Source: Eledone cirrhosa
Taxonomy: Eukaryota
NCBI GenBank assembly: GCA_964016885.1
Contig: OZ024741.1
Span: 11,594,001 to 11,658,000, forward strand
DNA: 64,000 bases
Direction of reading: 5' to 3'
The translations under genes and the position numbers were made by a program. This document shows positions 1 through 16,700 of the stretch, in pieces (the first letter of the stretch is position 1; each line of letters starts with the position of its first letter). Under the pieces are notes generated by a model. It was given only the letters and a program-made list of their open reading frames with translations, did not search any database and was not told the DNA's origin.

Positions 1-3000
1 ACATACACGCACATCTACTGAGTTACATACATACATCTACTGAGTTACGTACGCTCACATCTACTGAGTTACATACACACACATCTACAGAGTTACATAT
101 ACACACATCTACTGAGTTGCATACACACATCTACTGAGTTACATATACACACATCTACTGTGTTACATACACACACCTCTACTGAGTTACATACATACAC
201 ATCTACTGAGTTACATACACACACATCTACTGAGTTACATACACACACATCTACTAAGTTACATACACACATCTACTGAGTTACATACACACACATCTAC
301 TGAGTTACACACACATCTATTGAGTTACATATACACACATCTACTGTGTTACATACACACATCTCTACTGAGTCACTTACATACACCTACTGAGTTACAT
401 ACACACATCAACTGAGTTACATACACATACATCTACTGAATTACATACATACACATCTACTGAGTTACATACACACGCATCTACTGAGTTACATACACAC
501 ATCTGCTGAGTTACATACACACACATCTACTGAGTTACATACACACACATCTACTGAGTTACATACATACACATCTACTGAGTTACATACACACACATCT
601 ACTGAGTTACATACACACACATCTACTGAGTTACATATACACACAACTACTGAGTTACATATACACACATCTACTGAGTTACATACACACAAATCTACTG
701 AGTTACATACACACACATTAACTGAGATACATACACACATCTGCTGAGTTACATACACACACATCTACTGAGTTACATACACACACATCTACTGAGTTAC
801 ATACATACACATCTACTGAGTTACATACACACACATCTACTGAGTTACATACACACACATCTACTGAGTTACATATACACACATCTACTGAGTTACATAT
901 ACACACATCTACTGAGTTACATACACACAAATCTACTGAGTTACATACACACACATCAACTGAGATACATACACACATCTACAGAGTTACATACACACAC
1001 ATCTACTGACTTTCATATACACACATCTACTGAGTTAAATACACACACATCTACTGAGTTACATACACAAACACCTACCGAATTACATACACACACATCT
1101 ACTGTGTTACATACACACATCTACTGAGTCACATACATACATCTACTGAATTACATACACACACATCGACTGAGTTACATACACCCGCATCTACTGAGTT
1201 ACATACACACATCTACTTAATTACATACACGCACATTTACTGAGTTACATACACACACATCTACTGAGTTACATACACACACATCTCCTAAGTTACATAC
1301 ACACATCTACTGAGTTACATACACACGCATCTACTGAGTTACATACACACACATCTACTGAGTTACATACACACACATCTACTGAGTTACATACACACAC
1401 ATCTACTGAGTTACATATACACACATCTACTGAGTTACATACACACACATCAACTGAGTTACATACACATACATCTACTGAGTTACATACACACACATCT
1501 ACTGTGTTACATATACACACATCTATTGAGTTACATACACACATCTACTGAGATACATACACACCTCTACTGAGTTACATACACACATCTACTGAGTTAC
1601 ATATACACACATCTACTGAGATACATACACATAACTACTGAGTTACATACACACATCTACTGTGTTACATACACACACATCTACTGAGTCACATACATAC
1701 ATCTACTGAATTACATACACACACATCTCCTGAGTTACATACACACATATCTACTCAGTTACATACACACACATCTACTGAGTTACATACACACATCTAC
1801 TGAGTCACATACATACATCTACTGAATTACATACACACACATCTACTGAGTTACATACACACACATCTACTGATTTACATACACACATCTACTGAGTTAC
1901 ATACAGACACATCTACTGAGTTACATACACACACATCTACTGAGTTACATACACACACATCTACTGAGTAACATACACACATCTACTGAATTACATACAC
2001 GCACATCTACTGAGTTACATACACACACATCTACTGAGTTACATACACACACATCTCCTAAGTTATATACACACATCTACTGAGTTACATACACACACAT
2101 CTACTGAGTTACATACAGACATATCTACTGAGTTACATACACACACATCTACTGAGTTACATACATCTACTGAGTTACATACACACACATCTACTGAGTT
2201 ACATACACACACATCTACTGAGTTACATATACACACATCTACTGTTTTACATACACACACATCTACTGAGTTACATACACACATCTACTGAGATACATAC
2301 ACAACTCTACTGAGTTACATACACACATCTACTGAGTTACATATACACACATCTACTGAGATACATACACATAACTACTGAGTTACATACACACATCTAC
2401 TGAGTTACATACACACACATCTCCTAAGTTATATACACACATCTACTGAGTTACATACACACACATCTACTGAGTTACATACATCTACTGAGTTACATAC
2501 ACACACATCTACTGAGTTACATACACACACATCTACTGAGTTACATATACACACATCTACTGTTTTACATACACACACATCTACTGAGTTACATACACAC
2601 ATCTACTGAGTTACATACACACACAGCTACGGAGTTACATACACACACATCTACTGAGCTACATACATTTACTGAGTTACATACACTCACATCTACTGAG
2701 TTACATACACACATATCTACTGAGTTACATACACACATCTAATGAGCTACATACACACATATCTACTGAGTTACATACACACTTCTAGTGAGTTACATAC
2801 ACACATATACTGAGTTACATACACACACATCTACTGAGTTACATACACACACCTCTACAGAGTTACATACACACATCCACTGAGTTACATACACGCACAT
2901 CTACTGAGTTACATACATACATCTACTGAGTTACGTACGCTCACATCTACTGAGTTACATACACACACATCTACAGAGTTACATATACACACATCTACTG

Positions 3001-6000
3001 ATTTGCATACACACATCTACTGAGTTACATATACACACATCTACTGTGTTACATACACACACCTCTACTGAGTTACATACATACACATCTACTGAGTTAT
3101 ATAAACACACATCTACTGAGTTACATACAGACACTTCTACTGAGTTACATACACACCTCTACTGAGTTACATACACACACCATCTACTGAGTTACATACA
3201 CACACATCTTCTGAATTACATATAAACACATCTACTGAGTTACATACACACACATCAACTGAGATACATACACACATCTACAGAGTTACATAGAGACACA
3301 TCTACTGAGTTACAGACACACATCTACTGAGTTACATACACACATCTACTGAGTTACATACACACACATCTACTGAGTTACATACACACATCTACTGAGT
3401 TACATACACACATATCTACTGAGTTACATATACACATATCTACCGAGTTACATACACATATCTACTGAGTTACATACACACACACAACTACTAAGTTCCA
3501 TGCACACTACTCCTGAGTTACATACACTCACATCTACTGAGTTACATACACTCACATCTACTGAGTTACATACACACACATCAACTGAGTTACATACACA
3601 TACATCTACTGAGTTACATACACACACATCTACTGTGTTACATATACACACATCTATTGAGTTACATACACACATCTACTGAGATACATACACACCTCTA
3701 CTGAGTTACATACACACATCTTCTGAGTTACATATACACACATCTACTGAGATACATACACATAACTACTGAGTTACATACACACATCTACTGTGTTACA
3801 TACACACACATCTACTGAGTTACATACATACATCTACTGAATTACATACACACACATCTACTGAGTTACATACAGACATATCTACTGAGTTACATACACA
3901 CACATCTACTGAGTTACATACACACATCTACTGAGTCACATACATACATCTACTGAATTACATACACACACATCTACTGAGTTACATACACACACATCTA
4001 CTGATTTACATACACACATCTACTGAGTTACATACAGACACATCTACTGAGTTACATACACACACATCTCCTAAGTTATATACACACATCTACTGAGTTA
4101 CATACACACACATCTACTGAGTTACATACAGACATATCTACTGAGTTACATACACACATCTACTGAGTTATATACACGCACATCTACGGAGTTACATACA
4201 CACACATCTACTGAGTTACATACATCTACTGAGTTACATACACACACATCTACTGAGTTACATACACACACATCTACTGAGTTACATATACACACATCTA
4301 CTGTTTTACATACACACACATCTACTGAGTTACATACACACATCTACTGAGATACATACACAACTCTACTGAGTTACATACACACATCTACTGAGTTACA
4401 TACACACACATCTCCTAAGTTATATACACACATCTACTGAGTTACATACACACACATCTACTGAGTTACATACAGACATATCTACTGAGTTACATACACA
4501 CATCTACTGAGTTATATACACGCACATCTACGGAGTTACATACACACACATCTACTGAGTTACATACATCTACTGAGTTACATACACACACATCTACTGA
4601 GTTACATACACACACATCTACTGAGTTACATATACACACATCTACTGTTTTACATACACACACATCTACTGAGTTACATACACACATCTACTGAGTTACA
4701 TACACACACAGCTACGGAGTTACATACACACACATCTACTGAGCTACATACATTTACTGAGTTACATACACTCACATCTACTGAGTTACATACACACATA
4801 TCTACTGAGTTACATACACACATCTAATGAGCTACATACACACATATCTACTGAGTTACATACACACTTCTAGTGAGTTACATACACACATATACTGAGT
4901 TACATACACACACATCTACTGAGTTACATACACACACCTCTACTGAGTTACATACACACATCCACTGAGTTACATACACGCACATCTACTGAGTTACATA
5001 CATACATCTACTGAGTTACGTACGCTCACATCTACTGAGTTACATACACACACATCTACAGAGTTACATATACACACATCTACTGATTTGCATACACACA
5101 TCTACTGAGTTACATATACACACATCTACTGTGTTACATACACACACCTCTACTGAGTTACATACATACACATCTACTGAGTTATATAAACACACATCTA
5201 CTGAGTTACATACAGACACTTCTACTGAGTTACATACACACCTCTACTGAGTTACATACACACACCATCTACTGAGTTACATACACACACATCTTCTGAA
5301 GTACATATAAACACATCTACTGAGTTACATACACACACATCAACTGAGATACATACACACATCTACAGAGTTACATAGAGACACATCTACTGAGTTACAG
5401 ACACACATCTACTGAGTTACATACACACATCTACTGAGTTACATACACACACATCTACTGAGTTACATACACACATCTACTGAGTTACATACACACATAT
5501 CTACTGAGTTACATATACACATATCTACCGAGTTACATACACATATCTACTGAGTTACATACACACACACAACTACTAAGTTCCATGCACACTACTCCTG
5601 AGTTACATACACTCACATCTACTGAGTTACATACACTCACATCTACTGAGTTACATACACACACATCAACTGAGTTACATACACATACATCTACTGAGTT
5701 ACATACACACACATCTACTGTGTTACATATACACACATCTATTGAGTTACATACACACATCTACTGAGATACATACACACCTCTACTGAGTTACATACAC
5801 ACATCTTCTGAGTTACATATACACACATCTACTGAGATACATACACATAACTACTGAGTTACATACACACATCTACTGTGTTACATACACACACATCTAC
5901 TGAGTCACATACATACATCTACTGAATTACATACACACACATCTACTGAGTTACATACAGACATATCTACTGAGTTACATACACACACATCTACTGAGTT

Positions 6001-9000
6001 ACATACACACATCTACTGAGTCACATACATACATCTACTGAATTACATACACACACATCTACTGAGTTACATACACACACATCTACTGATTTACATACAC
6101 ACATCTACTGAGTTACATACAGACACATCTACTGAGTTACATACACACACATCTACTGAGTTACATACACACACATCTACTGAGTAACATACACACACAT
6201 CTACTGTGTTACATACACACACATCTACTGGGTCACATACATATATCTACTGAATTACATACACACACATCTACTGAGTTACATACACACATCTACTGAA
6301 TTACATACACGCACATCTGCTGAGTTACATACACACACATCTACTGAGTTACATACACACACATCTCCTAATTTATATACACACATCTACTGAGTTACAT
6401 ACACACACATCTACTGAGTTACATACAGACATATCTACTGAGTTACATACACACATCTACTGAGTTATATACACGCACATCTACGGAGTTACATACACAC
6501 ACATCTACTGAGTTACATACATCTACTGAGTTACATACACACACATCTACTGAGTTACATACACACACATCTACTGAGTTACATATACACACATCTACTG
6601 TTTTACATACACACACATCTACTGAGTTACATACACACATCTACTGAGTTACATAAACGCACATCTACTGAGTTACATACTTACATCTACTGAGTTACAT
6701 ACGCTCACATCTACTTAGTTACATACACACACATCTACAGAGTTACATATACACACATTTACTGAGTTACATACACACATCTACTGAGTTACATACACAC
6801 ACTTCAACTGAGTTACATACACAGACATCTACTGAGTTACATACACACACATCTACTGAGTTACATACACACATCTAATGAGCTACATACACACATATCT
6901 ACTGAGTTACATACACACTTCTAGTGAGTTACATACACACATATACTGAGTTACATACACATACATCTACTGAATTACATACATACACATCTACTGAGTT
7001 ACATACACACGCATCTACTGAGTTACATACACACATCTGCTGAGTTACATACACACACATCTACTGAGTTACATACACACACATCTACTGCGTTACATAC
7101 ATACACATCTACTGAGTTACATACACACACATCTACTGAGTTACATACACACACATCTACTGAGTTACATATACACACATCTACTGAGTTACATATACAC
7201 ACATCTACTGAGTTACATACACACAAATCTACTGAGTTACATACACACCTCTACTTAGTTACATACACACATCTACTGAGTTGCATACATACACATCTAC
7301 TGAGTTACATACACTCACATCTACTGAGTTACATACACACACATCTACTGAATCACATACATACATCAACTAAATTACATACACACACAACTACTGAGTT
7401 CCATGCACACTACTCCTGAGTAACATACACTCACATCTACTGAGTTACATACACTCACATCTACTGAGTTACATACACACACATCTACTGAGTTACATAC
7501 ACATATCTACTGAGTTACATACACACACACCTACTGAGTTACATGCACACATCTACTGAGTTACATACACACATATCTACTGAGTTACATACACACCTCT
7601 ACTTAGTTACATACACACATCTACTGAGTTGCATACATACACATCTACTGAGTTACATATACTCACATCTACTGAGTTACATACACACACATCTACTGAA
7701 TCACATACATACATCAACTAAATTACATACACACACATCTACTGAGTTACATACACACGCATCTACTGAGTTACATACACTACTGCTGAGTTACATACAC
7801 AGACATCTACTGAGTTACATACATACACATCTACTGTGTTACATACACACACATCTACTGAGTCACATACATACATCTACTGAATTACATACACACACAT
7901 CTACTGAGTTACATACACACACATCTCCTAAGTTATATACACACATCTACAGAGTTACATACACACACATCTACTGATTTACATACAGACATATCTATTG
8001 AGTTACATACACACATCTACTGAGTTACATACACGCACATCTACTGAGTTACATACACACATCTACTGAGTTACATACACACACATCTACTGAGTTACAT
8101 ACACACATCTACTGAGTTACATACACACACATCTACTGAGTAACATATACACACATCTACTGTGTTACATACACACACATCTACTGAGTTACATACACAC
8201 ATCTACTGAGTTATATACACTCACATCTACTGAGTTACATACACTCACATCTACTGAGTTACGTACACACATATCTACTGAGTTACATACACACATCTAA
8301 TGAGCTACATACACACATATCTACTGAGTTACATACACACATCTAGTGAGTTACATACACACATCTACTGAGTTACATACACACACATCTACTGAGTTAC
8401 ATACACACACCTCTACTGAGTTACATACACACATCCACTGAGTTACATACACACACCTCTACTGAGTTACATTCACGCACCTCTACTGAGTTACATACAC
8501 ACATCCACTGAGCTACATACACACACCTCTACCGAGTTACATACACACATCTACTGAGTTACATACACACATCCACTGAGCTACATACACACACCTCTAC
8601 TGAGTTACATCCACACATCCACTGAGTTACATACACGCACATCTACTGAGTTACATACATACATCTACTGAGTTACGTACGCTCACATCTACTGAGTTAC
8701 ATACACACACATCTACAGAGTTACATATACACACATCTACTGAGTTGCATACACACATCTACTGAGTTACATATACACACATCTACTGTGTTACATACAC
8801 ACACCTCTACTGAGTTACATACATACACATCTACTGAGTTACATACACACACATCTACTGAGTTACATACACACACATCTACTAAGTTACATACACACAT
8901 CTACTGAGTTACATACACACATCTACTGAGTTACATACACACACATCTACTGAGTTACACACACATCTATTGAGTTACATATACACATATCTACTGAGTT

Positions 9001-12000
9001 GCATACACACATCTACTGAGTTACATATACACACATCTGCTGTGTTACATACACACATCTCTACTGAGTCACTTACATACACCTACTGAGTTACATACAC
9101 ACATCAACTGAGTTACATACACATACATCTACTGAATTACATACATACACATCTACTGAGTTACATACACACGCATCTACTGAGTTACATACACACATCT
9201 GCTGAGTTACATACACACACATCTACTGAGTTACATACACACACATCTACTGAGTTACATACATACACATCTACTGAGTTACATACACACACATCTACTG
9301 AGTTACATACACACACATCTACTGAGTTACATATACACACATCTACTGAGTTACATATACACACATCTACTGAGTTACATACACACAAATCTACTGAGTT
9401 ACATACACACACATTAACTGAGATACATACACACATCTGCTGAGTTACATACACACACATCTACTGAGTTACATACACACACATCTACTGAGTTACATAC
9501 ATACACATCTACTGAGTTACATATACACACATCTACTGAGTTACATATACACACATCTACTGAGTTACATACACACAAATCTACTGAGTTACATACACAC
9601 ACATCAACTGAGATACATACACACATCTACAGAGTTACATACACACACATCTACTGACTTTCATATACACACATCTACTGAGTTAAATACACACACATCT
9701 ACTGAGTTACATACACAAACACCTACCGAGTTACATACACACACATCTACTGTGTTACATACACACATCTACTGAGTCACATACATACATCTACTGAATT
9801 ACATACACACACATCGACTGAGTTACATACACCCGCATCTACTGAGTTACATACACACATCTACTGAATTACATACACGCACATTTACTGAGTTACATAC
9901 ACACACATCTACTGAGTTACATACACACACATCTCCTAAGTTACATACACACATCTACTGAGTTACATACACACGCATCTACTGAGTTACATACACACAC
10001 ATCTACTGAGTTACATACACACACATCTACTGAGTTACATACACACACATCTACTGAGTTACATATACACACATCTACTGAGTTACATACACACACATCA
10101 ACTGAGTTACATACACATACATCTACTGAGTTACATACACACACATCTACTGTGTTACATATACACACATCTATTGAGTTACATACACACATCTACTGAG
10201 ATACATACACACCTCTACTGAGTTACATACACACATCTACTGAGTTACATATACACACATCTACTGAGATACATACACATAACTACTGAGTTACATACAC
10301 ACATCTACTGTGTTACATACACACACATCTACTGAGTCACATACATACATCTACTGAATTACATACACACACATCTACTGAGTTACATACACACATATCT
10401 ACTGAGTTACATACACACACATCTACTGAGTTACATACACACATCTACTGAGTCACATACATACATCTACTGAATTACACACACACACATCTACTGAGTT
10501 ACATACACACACATCTACTGATTTACATACACACATCTACTGAGTTACATACAGACACATCTACTGAGTTACATACACACACATCTACTGAGTTACATAC
10601 ACACACATCTACTGAGTAACATACACACACATCTACTGTGTTACATACACACACATCTACTGAGTCACATAAATACATCTACTGAATTACATACACACAC
10701 ATCTACTGAGTTACATACACACGCATCTACTGAGTTACATACACACATCTACTGAATTACATACACGCACATCTACTGAGTTACATACACACACATCTAC
10801 TGAGTTACATACACACACATCTCCTAAGTTATATACACACATCTACTGAGTTACATACACACACATCTACTGAGTTACATACAGACATATCTACTGAGTT
10901 ACATACACACATCTACTGAGTTATATACACGCACATCTACAGAGTTACATACACACACATCTACTGAGTTACATACATCTACTGAGTTACATACACACAC
11001 ATCTACTGAGTTACATACACACATCTACTGAGTTACATATACACACATCTACTGTTTTACATACACACACATCTACTGAGTTACATACACACATCTACTG
11101 AGATACATACACAACTCTACTGAGTTACATACACACATCTACTGAGTTACATATACACACATCTACTGAGATACATACACATAACTACTGAGTTACATAC
11201 ACACATCTACTGAGTTACATACACACACATCTCCTAAGTTATATACACACATCTACTGAGTTACATACACACACATCTACTGAGTTACATACAGACATAT
11301 CTACTGAGTTACATACACACATCTACTGAGTTATATACACGCACATCTACGGAGTTACATACACACATCCACTGAGTTACATACACTCACATCTACTTAG
11401 TTACATACATACATCTACTGAGTTACGTACGCTCACATCTACTGAGTTACATACACACACATCTACAGAGTTACATATACACACATCTACTGATTTGCAT
11501 ACACACATCTACTGAGTTACATATACACACATCTACTGTGTTACATACACACACCTCTACTGAGTTACATACATACACATCTACTGAGTTATATAAACAC
11601 ACATCTACTGAGTTACATACAGACACTTCTACTGAGTTACATACACACCTCTACTGAGTTACATACACACACCATCTACTGAGTTACATACACACACATC
11701 TTCTGAATTACATATAAACACATCTACTGAGTTACATACACACACATCAACTGAGATACATACACACATCTACAGAGTTACATAGAGACACATCTACTGA
11801 GTTACAGACACACATCTACTGAGTTACATACACACATCTACTGAGTTACATACACACACATCTACTGAGTTACATACACACATCTACTGAGTTACATACA
11901 CACATATCTACTGAGTTACATATACACATATCTACCGAGTTACATACACATATCTACTGAGTTACATACACACACACAACTACTAAGTTCCATGCACACT

Positions 12001-13350
12001 ACTCCTGAGTTACATACACTCACATCTACTGAGTTACATACACTCACATCTACTGAGTTACATACACACACATCAACTGAGTTACATACACATACATCTA
12101 CTGAGTTACATACACACACATCTACTGTGTTACATATACACACATCTATTGAGTTACATATACACATCTACTGAGATACATACACACCTCTACTGATTTA
12201 CATACACACATCTTCTGAGTTACATATACACACATCTACTGAGATACATACACATAACTACTGAGTTACATACACACATCTACTGTGTTACATACACACA
12301 CATCTACTGAGTCACATACATACATCTACTGAATTACATACACACACATCTACTGAGTTACATACAGACATATCTACTGAGTTACATACACACACATCTA
12401 CTGAGTTACATACACACATCTACTGAGTCACATACATACATCTACTGAATTACATACACACACATGTACTGAGTTACATACACACACATCTACTGATTTA
12501 CATACACACATCTACTGAGTTACATACAGACACATCTACTGAGTTACATACACACACATCTACTGAGTTACATACACACACATCTACTGAGTAACATACA
12601 CACACATCTACTGTGTTACATACACACACATCTACTGGGTCACATACATATATCTACTGAATTACATACACACACATCTACTGAGTTACATACACACATC
12701 TACTGAATTACATACACGCACATCTACTGAGTTACATACACACACATCTACTGAGTTACATACACACACATCTCCTAATTTATATACACACATCTACTGA
12801 GTTACATACGCACACATCTACTGAGTTACATACAGACATATCTACTGAGTTACATACACACATCTACTGAGTTATATACACGCACATCTACGGAGTTACA
12901 TACACACACATCTACTGAGTTACATACATCTACTGAGTTACATACACACACATCTACTGAGTTACATACACACACATCTACTGAGTTACATATACACACA
13001 TCTACTGTTTTACATACACACACATCTACTGAGTTACATACACACATCTACTGAGTTACATACACGCACATCTACTGAGTTACATACTTACATCTACTGA
13101 GTTACATACGCTCACATCTACTTAGTTACATACACACACATCTACAGAGTTACATATACACACATTTACTGAGTTACATACACACATCTACTGAGTTACA
13201 TACACACACTTCAACTGAGTTACATACACAGACATCTACTGAGTTACATACACACACATCTACTGAGTTACATACACACATCTAATGAGCTACATACACA
13301 CATAACTACTGAGTTACATACACACTTCTAGTGAGTTACATACACACATA
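1..13350 (+). repeat. Large imperfect higher-order duplication in array A: about 1-2100 recurs at about 8630-10900, and about 5000-6950 recurs at about 11400-13350
   Basis: Rare landmarks recur: ATCTCTACTGAGTCACTTAC at 361/9057 (offset 8696) and ACACCCGCAT at 1181/9829 (offset 8648). Near-identical ORF-track translations occur at 5533/11940 and 6443/12850 (offset 6407). Confidence 0.8.
2450..6154 (+). repeat. Direct duplication of a block of about 1.6 kb at offset 2085 (about 2450-4069 and 4535-6154), with a 344-bp-offset duplication between the copies
   Basis: GCTACGGAG occurs at 2626/4711 and TTCCATGCAC at 3496/5581. Identical ORF translations occur at 3448/5533 (offset 2085) and 4146/4490 (offset 344). 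Confidence 0.85.
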
Positions 13351-13774
13351 TACTGAGTTACATACACACACATCTACTGAGTTACATACACACACCTCTA
13401 CTGAGTTACATACACACATCCACTGAGTTACATACACGCACATCTACTGAGTTACATACATACATCTACTGAGTTACATACGCTCACATCTACTTAGTTA
13501 CATACACACACATCTACAGAGTTACATATACACACATTTACTGAGTTACATACACACATCTACTGAGTTACATACACACACTTCAACTGAGTTACATACA
13601 CAGACATCTACTGAGTTACATACACACACATCTACTGAGTTACATATACACACATCTATTGAGTAACATACACACATCTACTGAGTTACATACACATACA
13701 TCTACTGAGTTACATATACACACATCTACTGAGTTACATATACACACATCTACTGTGTTACATACACACACATC

Positions 13775-16700
13775 TACTGAGTTACATACACACATTTACT
13801 GAGTTACATAAACACATATCTACGGAGTTACATACACACACACATCTACTGAGTTACATACACACACATCTACTGAGTTACATACACAAACATCTACTGA
13901 GTTACATACACACACATCTACTGTGTTATATACACACACATCTACTGAGTCACATACATACATCTACTGAATAACATACACACACATCTACTGAGTTACA
14001 TACACACGCATCTACTGAGTTACATACACACACATCTACTGAGTTACATACACACATCTACTGTGTTACATACACACACATCTACTGAGTCACATACATA
14101 CATCTACTGAATTACATACACACACATCTACTGAGTTACATACACACATATCTACTGAGTTACATACACACACATCTACTGAGTTACATACACACATCTA
14201 CTGAGTCACATACATACATCTACTGAATTACATACACACACATCTACTGAGTTACATACACACACATCTACTGATTTACATACACACATCTACTGAGTTA
14301 CATACAGACACATCTACTGAGTTACATACACACGCATCTACTGAGTTACATACACACACATCTACTGAGTAACATACACACACATCTACTGTGTTACATA
14401 CACACACATCTACTGAATCACATACATACATCTACTGAATTACATACACACACATCTACTGAGTTACATACACACGCATCTACTGAGTTACATACACACA
14501 TCTACTGAATTACATACACGCACATCTACTGAGTTACATACACACACATCTACTGAGTTACATACACACACATCTCCTAAGTTATATACACACATCTACT
14601 GAGTTACATACACACACATCTACTGAGTTACATACAGACATATCTACTGAGTTACATGCACACATCTACTGAGTTATATACACGCACATCTACGGAGTTA
14701 CATACACACACATCTACTGAGTTACATACATCTACTGAGTTACATACACACACCTCTACTGAGTTACATACACACATCCACTGAGTTACATACACGCACA
14801 TCTACTGAGTTACATACATACATCTACTGAGTTACATACGCTCACATCTACTTAGTTACATACACACACATCTACAGAGTTACATATACACACATTTACT
14901 GAGTTACATACACACATCTACTGAGTTACATACACACACTTCAACTGAGTTACATACACATACATCTACTGAGTTACATACACACACATCTACTGAGTTA
15001 CATATACACACATGTATTGAGTTACATACACACATCTACTGAGTTACATACACACACATCTACTGAGTTACATATACACACATCTACTGAGTTACATATA
15101 CACACATCTACTGTGTTACATACACACACATCTACTGAGTTACATACACACATCTACTGAGTTACATAAACACATATCTACGGAGTTACATACACACACA
15201 CATCTACTGAGTTACATACACACACACATCTACTGAGTTACATACACAAACATCTACTGAGTTACATACACACACATCTACTGTGTTACATACACACACA
15301 TGTACTGAGTAACATACATACATCTACTGAATAACATACACACACATCTACTGAGTTACATACACACGCATCTACTGAGTTACATATACACACATCCACT
15401 GAGCTACATACACACACTTCTACTGAGTTACATACACACATCTACTGAGTTACATACACGCACATCTACTGAGTTACATACATACATCTACTGAGTTACA
15501 TACACACACATCTACTGAGTTACATACACACACATCTACTGAGTTACACATACACAGATCTACTGAGTTACATACACACAAATCTACTGAGTTACATACA
15601 CACACATCAACTGAGATACATACACACATCTACAGAGTTACACACACACACATCTACTGACTTACATATACCCACATCTACTGAGTTACATACACACACA
15701 TCTACTGAGTTACATACACATATCTACTGAGTTACATACTCACATCTACTGAGCTACATATACACATACAACTACTGTTGTTACATATACACATATCTAC
15801 TGAGTTACAAACACATATCTACTCAGTTACATATACACACACAACTACTGAGTTACATGCACACATCTACTGAGTTACATACACACATATCTACTGAGTT
15901 ACATACACGCACATCTATTGAGTCACATACACACACATCTACTGAGTTACATACACACACCTCTACTGAGTTACATACACACATCCACTGAGTTACATAC
16001 ACGCACATCAACTGAGTTACATACATCTACTGAGTTACGTACGCTCACATCTACTGAGTTACATACACACACATCTACAGAGTTACATATACACACATCT
16101 ACTGAGTTGCATACACACATCTACTGAGTTACATATACACACATCTACTGTGTTACATACACACACCTCTACTGAGTTACATACATACACATCTACTGAG
16201 TTATATAAACACACATCTACTCAGTTACATACAGACACATCTACTGAGTTACATACACACCTCTACTGAGTTACATACACACACCATCTACTGAGTTACA
16301 TACACACACATCTTCTGAATTACATATACACACATCTACTGAGTTACATACACACACATCAACTGAGATACATACACACATCTACAGAGTTACATACAGA
16401 CACATCTACTGAGTTACATATACACATCTACTAAGCTACATACACACACATCTACTGAGTTACAGACACACATCTACTGAGTTACATACACACATCTACT
16501 GAGTTACATACACACGCATCTACTGAGTTACATACACACATCTACTGAGTTACATACACACATATCTACTGAGTTACATATACACATATCTACCGAGTTA
16601 CATACACATATCTACTGAGTTACATACACACACACAACTACTGAGTTCCATGCACACTACTCCTGAGTTACATACACTCACATCTACTGAGTTACATACA

